Of a stretch of 33,730 bases of DNA, positions 26,836-33,730 are shown in pieces. The notes under the pieces were generated by a model. It was not told the origin of the DNA, ran no database searches, and saw only the letters and a program-made list of their open reading frames with translations. The stretch is from assembly GCA_040754455.1 (NCBI GenBank), contig JBFMCP010000035.1, positions 1-33,730 of the forward strand, written 5' to 3'. This stretch comes from Nitrospirota bacterium. GTDB lineage: Bacteria > Nitrospirota > Thermodesulfovibrionia > Thermodesulfovibrionales > Dissulfurispiraceae. The position numbers and the translations under genes are program-made. Each line of letters starts with the position of its first letter. Positions within the stretch are counted from its first letter, which is position 1.

Positions 26836-27498
26836 ATGGGCGAATCCATACGCATTACCTTCAAGAGAAAGTTTCTTGCCGGTCTTTTAATCACCATACC
26901 GATAGTCTTCACTATCCTCGTCCTCGTCAGCCTCTTCAAATTTGTCGACGGGATACTGAGTCCCCTCTTCGATATGGTCCTCGGACGGCATTTTGCCGGT
27001 CTCGGCTTCATCACCGCTATCGGCATCGTCTTTCTGATAGGGCTCATTTCGACCAATGTATTCGGCAAAAGAATGCTGGGCTCTGTCGAGCGGATATTCC
27101 TGCATATCCCGGTGTTCAAGAGCATCTACACCGCTATCAAACAGCTCGTCGATGCCTTCTCCCCCGAAAACAACAGCTCCTTTAAACAGTTCGTCATTGT
27201 GGAATACCCGAAGCCAGGGGCCTACGCCTTCGGCTTTCTGACTAAAGAGTGCGCAGTACAGTCCGAAGGACGCGAGACCTGCCTGAAGGCGGTTTACATT
27301 CCTACCAATAACCTTTACCTGGGCGATATCGTCCTCTTCGACGACAGGCATATCATTTACACCGATATCCCGATAGAAAACGGTATCAGGATCATCCTCT
27401 CCGGCGGCATCGCAGCGCCGTCGATCATAGCGGCAACACAAGACCATCTAAAGCCTCTTGCACCACAACCTCTTCTCGACGTGAAAAGGAGTGCCTAA
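26836..27498 (+). CDS. DUF502 family membrane protein
   Basis: FLAGLL..IP, two TM helices, IP..KSIY..IKQ, V.VEYP..G...GF.T, VYIPT, I.SGG. Confidence 0.9.
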   Translation: MGESIRITFKRKFLAGLLITIPIVFTILVLVSLFKFVDGILSPLFDMVLGRHFAGLGFITAIGIVFLIGLISTNVFGKRMLGSVERIFLHIPVFKSIYTAIKQLVDAFSPENNSSFKQFVIVEYPKPGAYAFGFLTKECAVQSEGRETCLKAVYIPTNNLYLGDIVLFDDRHIIYTDIPIENGIRIILSGGIAAPSIIAATQDHLKPLAPQPLLDVKRSA

Positions 27499-27499
27499 C

Positions 27500-28915
27500 G
27501 TGAACATCTCTACCGTCATTCTCGCAGCAGGACTCGGCACCAGAATGAAATCATCCCTTCCTAAGGTACTGCACTGCATCAATGGGAAACCCATGGTACG
27601 GTATGCGGTCGAAGCGGTCGCCGCGCTGAAACCGGAAAGGAATATTGTCGTCATCAGCCCCGGCAGCAACGGCGTAGTGAGCGCGCTTGAGGACGCCCCG
27701 GTCACCTTCGCACTTCAAAGGCAACCGAAAGGTACGGGCGACGCCCTTAAAGCGGCTGCACAAAAGCTCAGAGGCTTCAACGGCACCGTCGTGGTCATGA
27801 GCGGCGATACCCCCCTGGTGACGCCGGAGCTGCTGCAGCAGTTCCTCAAGCTCCATAGGAAGAATAGAGAGGACATCTCGATGATCTCTTTCATTGCCGA
27901 GGGGCCGCACGCCTACGGGAGGATCATCAGAGAGCAGAACAGGGTGACGGCGATCGTAGAGCATAAAGACGCTACGCCGGAGCAGAGAAAAATAAACGAA
28001 GTGAACAGCGGTATCTATGCGATCGAAGCCCCTCTCCTGAGTCTCCTGAAAAATATTAAGATCAATCCGGCGAAAGGCGAATACTATCTCACCGATATCA
28101 TCGGCATCGCCGTGAAAAAAGGCTATCGTGTCGGAGCGCATACCCTCGGCAGCGAAAAAGAGCTGACGGGAATCAATACCCGCGAGGATCTCTACAAGGC
28201 CTGCATCTACCTCAGAGATGCTGTGGTCTCCCGGCTGATGGATAAGGGGATCACCTTCATCGACAGGACCTCGGTGTTCATACACCCCGGGGTCGAGATC
28301 GGCCCCGATACGGTGATCTATCCCAATGTCCATATCGAAGGTGCTACGGTGGTCGGCAGCGGATGTGTGATCTATCCTAATACGAGAATCGTCGACAGCG
28401 CCATTGGGAATAACGTCATCATTAAAGATTCCACCCTCATTGAGTCCTCGACCATAAAGGACAAAGCCGCCGTAGGCCCCTTTGCCCATCTCAGGCCGGG
28501 CTCGGTCATCGGCGCCTCTGCAAAGATAGGGAACTTCGTCGAGATAAAAAAATCGATCATCGGTGAAGGCACCAAGGCCTCCCACCTGAGCTACCTTGGC
28601 GATGCACAGATCGGCAAGAACGTCAACATCGGCGCAGGGACGATCACCTGCAACTATGACGGCACCAACAAGCACACGACGGTCATCGAGGACGAGGTCT
28701 TCATCGGGAGCGATACCCAGCTTGTGGCACCGGTGACCGTGGCAAAGGGAGCGTACGTGGGCGCGGGTTCGACCATTACCAAAGATGTGCCCTCTCTCTC
28801 CCTTGCCGTAAGCAGAGCACCGCAACGGAACATCGAGCAGTGGGCGGCAAGAAAACAGAAGAACGATAAGAGTAAAAAAATACCTGCAACGAACAAAAAA
28901 AAGGGGGTAGAGTAA
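27500..28915 (+). CDS. glmU: Bifunctional UDP-GlcNAc pyrophosphorylase / glucosamine-1-phosphate N-acetyltransferase
   Basis: ILAAGLGTRMKS..PKVLH, GEYYLTD, GPFAHLRP, GNFVEIK, HLSYLGD, TCNYDG. GTG 27500 is better spaced from AAGGAG than GTG 27491. Confidence 0.97.
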   Translation: MNISTVILAAGLGTRMKSSLPKVLHCINGKPMVRYAVEAVAALKPERNIVVISPGSNGVVSALEDAPVTFALQRQPKGTGDALKAAAQKLRGFNGTVVVMSGDTPLVTPELLQQFLKLHRKNREDISMISFIAEGPHAYGRIIREQNRVTAIVEHKDATPEQRKINEVNSGIYAIEAPLLSLLKNIKINPAKGEYYLTDIIGIAVKKGYRVGAHTLGSEKELTGINTREDLYKACIYLRDAVVSRLMDKGITFIDRTSVFIHPGVEIGPDTVIYPNVHIEGATVVGSGCVIYPNTRIVDSAIGNNVIIKDSTLIESSTIKDKAAVGPFAHLRPGSVIGASAKIGNFVEIKKSIIGEGTKASHLSYLGDAQIGKNVNIGAGTITCNYDGTNKHTTVIEDEVFIGSDTQLVAPVTVAKGAYVGAGSTITKDVPSLSLAVSRAPQRNIEQWAARKQKNDKSKKIPATNKKKGVE

Positions 28916-28950
28916 CCCATTACTCATCACGCGTTACTCGTTACGAATTA
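28916..28950. repeat. Five degenerate heptamers filling the glmU-glmS spacer
   Basis: CCCATTA CTCATCA CGCGTTA CTCGTTA CGAATTA. Confidence 0.65.
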
Positions 28951-30776
28951 TGTGCGGAATAATAGGCTATATCGGCAGCAAAAACGCCATCCCGATTGTG
29001 ATGGACGGCCTGAAGCGGCTTGAGTACCGTGGATATGATTCAGCAGGCATTGCCTTCTTTCATGACGACAAGATCGAGGTAAAGCGGTGCAAAGGAAAAA
29101 TCAGCGCCCTCGAAAGCATCACCAATACTCTTGCAACGCCGAGCACACTCGCCATAGGCCATACCCGGTGGGCGACCCACGGCAAGCCCTCTGACCAGAA
29201 CGCCCATCCCCACCGGTCCGACGGCATTGTTGTTGTCCACAACGGCATTATCGAAAACTATGTCGAGCTCAAGCGTCAACTCCAGGAAGAGGGGTTCGTC
29301 TTTACCTCCGAGACCGATACCGAGGTGTTATGCCACCTCATCAACAAGCATGCTGCCCGCACCACCCTTGAAGGCGCTGTGCGCGCCGCGCTCAAAGAGG
29401 TGCACGGCGCCTATGCCTTTGCAGCGATCAACGAGAAAGAGCCCGACAGGATTATTGCGGTAAGAAAAGAGAGCCCTCTCGTCATAGGGCTGGGCGAAGG
29501 AGAGTATTTCCTCGCCTCCGATGTCCCCGCCTTTCTGAACCATTCAAGAGAGGTCATCTTCCTCGACAATAATGAAATGGCAATCCTGCACCGCGACGGC
29601 GTCACTATTACCGATCTCGAGGGGAATATCCTCAATAAGAATGTGATGACCATCTCATGGAGCCCTTCGATGGCCGAAAAGGGCGGCTACCGCCATTTCA
29701 TGCTCAAGGAGATATTCGAACAGCCCCGTGCCATTGCCGACACTATCCGAGGAAGAGTTCTGCCCGAAAGAGGAGAAGTATCGCTCGAGGAGTTCGGCCT
29801 CACGCCCGAAGCGATCAGGGGGATCGAAAAGATATTCATTGTCGCCTGCGGCACTTCCTATCACTCGGGCATGACCGGCAAGTACATGATCGAAGAACTG
29901 GCGCGGATGCCGGTGGAGGTGGATATCGCCTCCGAGTTCAGATACCGGAATCCGATCATTACCGATACGACGCTCTTCATTGCGATCACCCAGTCGGGAG
30001 AGACCGCCGACACCCTCGCTGCCTCGCGGGAGGCGAAGCGGCTCGGAGCAAAGGTGCTGAGCATCTGCAACGTCATCGGCAGCACTGCATCGCGTGAATC
30101 CGATTTTGTGTTTTACACTCATTCGGGCCCTGAAATCGGGGTGGCCTCTACAAAGGCGTTCACGACACAGATTGTGGCGCTCTATCTCCTGGCCATTGCG
30201 CTGGGAAAGGCCAGGAGCACCCTTGCCGAGGACCGGGCATGCGAGCTCATCGCCGATCTCCTGCTGCTCCCTGCAAAAGTAGAGCACGCTCTGGAGCACG
30301 ACGGCACGATCAGCGCCATCGCAAAAGATCTCTTCAAGGCACGGCAATTCTTATATCTCGGACGTGGGATCAGCTATCCCATAGCGCTCGAAGGCGCGTT
30401 GAAACTGAAGGAGATCTCCTATATCCATGCAGAAGGCTATGCAGCCGGAGAGATGAAGCACGGCCCTATCGCCCTGATCGATGAGGATCTTCCGGTGGTC
30501 GTGCTTGCACCTTCGGGACGGCTCTTCGAAAAAGTCGTCTCGAATATGGAAGAGGTGAAGAGCAGAGGGGGGACGATCATTGCCATCACGTCGCACACGG
30601 GAGAAGCGGTAAAGAAGCTCGCGAAATACGTCCTCGCTGTTGAAGAGGGCAATCCCTATTTAACGACGATCTTCCTCACCGTACCGCTGCAGCTCCTCGC
30701 CTATCATATTGCGGTCCTGCGGGGATGCGATGTGGATCAGCCGAGAAATCTCGCAAAGAGCGTCACGGTGGAGTAG
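28950..30776 (+). CDS. glmS: Glutamine--fructose-6-phosphate aminotransferase
   Basis: MCGIIG, LEYRGYDSAG, GHTRWATHG, QSGETADT, DQPRNLAKSVTVE. Confidence 0.98.
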   Translation: MCGIIGYIGSKNAIPIVMDGLKRLEYRGYDSAGIAFFHDDKIEVKRCKGKISALESITNTLATPSTLAIGHTRWATHGKPSDQNAHPHRSDGIVVVHNGIIENYVELKRQLQEEGFVFTSETDTEVLCHLINKHAARTTLEGAVRAALKEVHGAYAFAAINEKEPDRIIAVRKESPLVIGLGEGEYFLASDVPAFLNHSREVIFLDNNEMAILHRDGVTITDLEGNILNKNVMTISWSPSMAEKGGYRHFMLKEIFEQPRAIADTIRGRVLPERGEVSLEEFGLTPEAIRGIEKIFIVACGTSYHSGMTGKYMIEELARMPVEVDIASEFRYRNPIITDTTLFIAITQSGETADTLAASREAKRLGAKVLSICNVIGSTASRESDFVFYTHSGPEIGVASTKAFTTQIVALYLLAIALGKARSTLAEDRACELIADLLLLPAKVEHALEHDGTISAIAKDLFKARQFLYLGRGISYPIALEGALKLKEISYIHAEGYAAGEMKHGPIALIDEDLPVVVLAPSGRLFEKVVSNMEEVKSRGGTIIAITSHTGEAVKKLAKYVLAVEEGNPYLTTIFLTVPLQLLAYHIAVLRGCDVDQPRNLAKSVTVE

Positions 30777-30847
30777 CATTTTCATAGATAGCAGAGGCTT
30801 TTTCCTTGTCTTTGTTTTGAGCGATTTATTATAATTAAGGAGATACG

Positions 30848-32983
30848 ATGTCAAAAGATGCCTTATTAGAAGATCTCAACCCCCGACAAAAAGAAGCAGT
30901 CCTTCACCCAAAAGGTCCTCTTCTCGTACTGGCGGGCGCCGGGAGCGGCAAGACGCGGGTCATCACCCACAGGTTTGCCCACCTTGTAAAAAAGAGGAAG
31001 CTTGCTCCCTCGGCGATCTTTACCGTCACCTTCACCAATAAAGCCGCTGATGAGATGAAGGAGCGGATCGGCAAAATTCTCGAAACCGACATCAAGAGCG
31101 CCTGGATAGGGACCTTCCACTCACAATGCAACAAGATCCTCCGCAAAGAAATCAAAGCATTGGGATATAAGCCGGACTTTTCCATTTACGATGATGACGA
31201 CCAATGCAACCTTGTCAGGCACATCCTCAAGGAGTTCAACATTTACGAAGCGCTGTACAAGGGAGTCGCCTCGAGGATCAGTATCCTCAAATCATCGCTG
31301 ATCACCCCGGAGGAGTTCCTCTCGCAGGGAGACGGCTTCAGCTTCGATGAAAAGCTCGGCAGGGTCTATCTCAAATACCAGGATGAGCTGAAACGGTGCA
31401 ATGCCCTCGATTTCGATGACCTCATCATGCTCACCGTCAGGCTCTTCGAGGAGCATCCGAAGATACTCGAAAAATATTCAGAACTGTTTCCCTACATACT
31501 GGTCGACGAGTTCCAGGACACGAACCGCTCACAGTACCGGCTCCTCCAGTTACTCTCATCCTCGCACCGCGATATCTGCGTGGTCGGCGATGACGACCAG
31601 AGCATCTACAAGTTCAGAGGCGCCGACGTCAGCAATATCCTCAACTTTGAAAAAGATTTCCCCGAAGCAACGATCATAAAGCTCGAGCAGAACTACCGGT
31701 CGACCCAGAATATCCTCGATGTTTCCGGATCGGTTATCGCACGGAATCCCCATCGCAAGCACAAGAGGCTCTGGACCGATCGGGGAGCAGGAGAGCAGGT
31801 CTACTACCACCGCCTCAACTCCGAGGACGAAGAGGCAAAATACGTTGCACGCATGATAAAGGATTTCTATCTGAAGAACAACTACGAATACAACGATTTC
31901 GCCATCCTCTATCGCATCAACCTCCAGGCGCGGGCGGTGGAAGACGCCCTCAGGGAGGAGGATATTCCCTACCACGTCGTGGGCGGCATCAGCTTCTATC
32001 ATCGCCGGGAAATAAAGGATCTCATTTCCTATATGCGGCTTGCCCTGAACCACCATGACAACGTCAGCCTGCGGCGGGTGATCAACAGTCCGTCCCGGGG
32101 CATCGGTGCCTCGACCCTGTCGAAGATCGAGCAGGAGGCGAAGAAGACCTCCGTCAGCCTCTTCACGGCGCTGCAAGCGATGCTCAAGGCAAACACCATC
32201 GCTGCAACGTTCAAAGAAAAATTGCAGGAATTCGTCAAACTGATCACCGACCTCTCTGCCGTCCCTTACAAGAGTGCTGCCGATATGTTCAAGGACATTG
32301 TGGAAAAGACAGGATACATCGAGGATATCGAAGAGGACCGCCTGCAGAACATCATGGAGCTGATCGCATCAGCGGAAGGGGTTTCCGTCAAGGATTACGT
32401 CGAGAGGGCCTCTCTGTCGCCAACTCCCGGCAACGAACAGCCGAAGCGGCCCTCGGTGACGCTCATGACACTGCACAGCGCAAAGGGCCTTGAGTTTCCC
32501 GTTGTGTTCATTGTCGGCGTGGAAGAGGGCATTCTCCCGTACTTCAAAGCCATCGACGACGAAACGGAAATGCACGAGGAACGGAGACTCCTCTATGTCG
32601 GCATGACCCGTGCACGGGACATTCTCTGCCTCAACGGCGTCAAAAAGAGAAAACTCTACTCGAGGGTCCAGGACCAGGAGCCTTCCCGCTTCCTGAACGA
32701 TATCCCGAGGGAGTGCTGCCAATGGATCGAAAAGACGCTCACTCAGAAACCGGAGACCGCCGCCGCCCGGCCCGTGAAGGTGCCGTGCCATAGCCCTGCA
32801 GCCCCACGCGTTGCCGCCGGTCCTGCATATGTGATCGGCAGCAAGGTGAAGCACCCGTCCTGGGGCGTCGGCATCGTGCGGGACTGCTGCGGAGACGGGG
32901 ATGATTCGAAGGTGACCGTCAATTTCCCGAGTGTCGGTCTGAAGCGTCTTTCGGTCAAGCACGCGAATCTGGAAAGGATGTAG
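30848..32983 (+). CDS. pcrA: UvrD/PcrA family ATP-dependent DNA helicase
   Basis: AGAGSGKT, TFTNKAA, VDEFQDTN, GDDDQSIY, LEQNYRS, TLHSAKGLEF, EERRLLYVGMTRA and a C-terminal Tudor-like V.H..WG.G domain. Confidence 0.93.
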   Translation: MSKDALLEDLNPRQKEAVLHPKGPLLVLAGAGSGKTRVITHRFAHLVKKRKLAPSAIFTVTFTNKAADEMKERIGKILETDIKSAWIGTFHSQCNKILRKEIKALGYKPDFSIYDDDDQCNLVRHILKEFNIYEALYKGVASRISILKSSLITPEEFLSQGDGFSFDEKLGRVYLKYQDELKRCNALDFDDLIMLTVRLFEEHPKILEKYSELFPYILVDEFQDTNRSQYRLLQLLSSSHRDICVVGDDDQSIYKFRGADVSNILNFEKDFPEATIIKLEQNYRSTQNILDVSGSVIARNPHRKHKRLWTDRGAGEQVYYHRLNSEDEEAKYVARMIKDFYLKNNYEYNDFAILYRINLQARAVEDALREEDIPYHVVGGISFYHRREIKDLISYMRLALNHHDNVSLRRVINSPSRGIGASTLSKIEQEAKKTSVSLFTALQAMLKANTIAATFKEKLQEFVKLITDLSAVPYKSAADMFKDIVEKTGYIEDIEEDRLQNIMELIASAEGVSVKDYVERASLSPTPGNEQPKRPSVTLMTLHSAKGLEFPVVFIVGVEEGILPYFKAIDDETEMHEERRLLYVGMTRARDILCLNGVKKRKLYSRVQDQEPSRFLNDIPRECCQWIEKTLTQKPETAAARPVKVPCHSPAAPRVAAGPAYVIGSKVKHPSWGVGIVRDCCGDGDDSKVTVNFPSVGLKRLSVKHANLERM

Positions 32984-33019
32984 TGATCGTAACGCGCCAT
33001 CGGCAATCAGGAAAAGACG

Positions 33020-33307
33020 ATGAAAATAACAAAAGATGAAGTACGGCATATCGCAAAGCTCTCCCGGCTTGCGCTCAACGAGGATGAGGTAGAGATCTTC
33101 AGCACCCAGCTGAGCGCCATTGTCGAATACGTTGAACAGTTGAACAAACTCGATACGAGCGGCATAGAGCCGACCTCGCATGTTCTTCCCCTCAACAATG
33201 TCATGAGAGATGATATCACCATGCCATCCCTGCCCAGGGAGGATGCGCTGCAGAATGCACCCGATGCTACGGAGAAGTTCTACCGGGTCCCCAAAATCAT
33301 AGAATAA
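33020..33307 (+). CDS. gatC: Asp-tRNA(Asn)/Glu-tRNA(Gln) amidotransferase subunit C
   Basis: V.HIAKLSRL, L..LDT.GIEPT.H, MRDD, NAP, VPKIIE. Confidence 0.96.
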   Translation: MKITKDEVRHIAKLSRLALNEDEVEIFSTQLSAIVEYVEQLNKLDTSGIEPTSHVLPLNNVMRDDITMPSLPREDALQNAPDATEKFYRVPKIIE

Positions 33308-33349
33308 AAATGACGACAAATCCGAAACAAAGTGATTCTTTCCATCCGT

Positions 33350-33379
33350 TTAGAACCTCGTGCTTAGAATTTCGTGCTT
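33350..33379. repeat. Tandem 14-mer (2x7) direct repeat
   Basis: TTAGAACCTCGTGC TTAGAATTTCGTGC TT. Confidence 0.7.
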
Positions 33380-33392
33380 GAGGTATATGAGT

Positions 33393-33730
33393 ATGTTACG
33401 CTGCTTTTTACGATCGAAAATACATATGGCCACCGTGACCGAGTCGAATCTCGCCTACGAGGGCAGCATCACCATTGACCGTGAGCTGATGGATAAGGCG
33501 GGAATCCTGCCCTATGAGCAGGTGATGATCAGCAACCTGAACAACGGCGAGCGGTTCGAGACCTACGTCATCCCCGGCAGACCCGGCTCTCGAGAATTCT
33601 GCCTTAATGGCCCGACCGCCCGCAAAGGGGCTGTCGGCGACCGGATCATCATCTTCGCCTACTGCTACATGAACGAGCAGGAGATACAGGGCTTCGAACC
33701 GATCATCATCAAGCTCGATGAGAAGAACAA
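33393..33730 (+). CDS. panD: Aspartate 1-decarboxylase proenzyme (truncated by the window end)
   Basis: My translation: MLRCFLRSKIHMATVTESNLAYEGSITID...NNGERFETYVI...LNGPTAR...GDRIII. Gly24-Ser25 autocleavage site conserved. Confidence 0.96.
   Translation, partial: MLRCFLRSKIHMATVTESNLAYEGSITIDRELMDKAGILPYEQVMISNLNNGERFETYVIPGRPGSREFCLNGPTARKGAVGDRIIIFAYCYMNEQEIQGFEPIIIKLDEKN

Noticed and set aside
26751..27185. 144-aa ORF beginning with FFTSYFLLLTSYL
   Set aside because: The N-terminus is just the translated heptamer repeat and the rest is out of frame within DUF502.
27551..28930. 459-aa minus-strand ORF, and similar long antisense ORFs at 4741-5640, 6405-7424, 7608-8435, 16473-17351, 18846-19664 and 32369-33319
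   Set aside because: They lie opposite well-conserved genes and are expected from codon bias.
30735..30847. attTn7 site at the glmS 3' end
   Set aside because: Only 71 bp separate glmS and pcrA, with no Tn7 ends or cargo; the site is empty.

Overview
Bacterial chromosomal window of moderate-to-high GC. Gene content and order suggest a Nitrospirota (Thermodesulfovibrionia-like) or deltaproteobacterial anaerobe (inference). From left to right: an ion-homeostasis block (CPA2 K+/H+ antiporter, NhaP2/CvrA, DUF3124, MscS, MarC); aroK-aroB-phoB-phoR; a secreted thermonuclease; hemerythrin; atpZ-atpI without atpB/atpE; and a redox cluster directly downstream of hemL (11-heme NapC/NirT-like cytochrome, tetraheme cytochrome, Tat-exported 4x[4Fe-4S] protein, NrfD, TorD-type chaperone) that has no catalytic subunit. 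Then an acyltransferase, tex, a sigma54/IHF-preceded secreted monoheme protein with three Ig-like repeats, an M28 peptidase, mtnP, yebC, DUF502, glmU, glmS, pcrA, gatC and a partial panD. Not in the supplied ORF track: a 48-aa zinc-ribbon protein (2310-2456), a 44-aa His-rich lipoprotein (23715-23849), five apparently leaderless genes including a pair sharing one palindromic bidirectional -10, a structured leader with three copies of a ~21-nt motif at the left edge, and several intergenic heptamer-periodic repeats. No CRISPR array, tRNA, rRNA or transposase was seen. All family calls come from reading motifs by eye; no database search was run.
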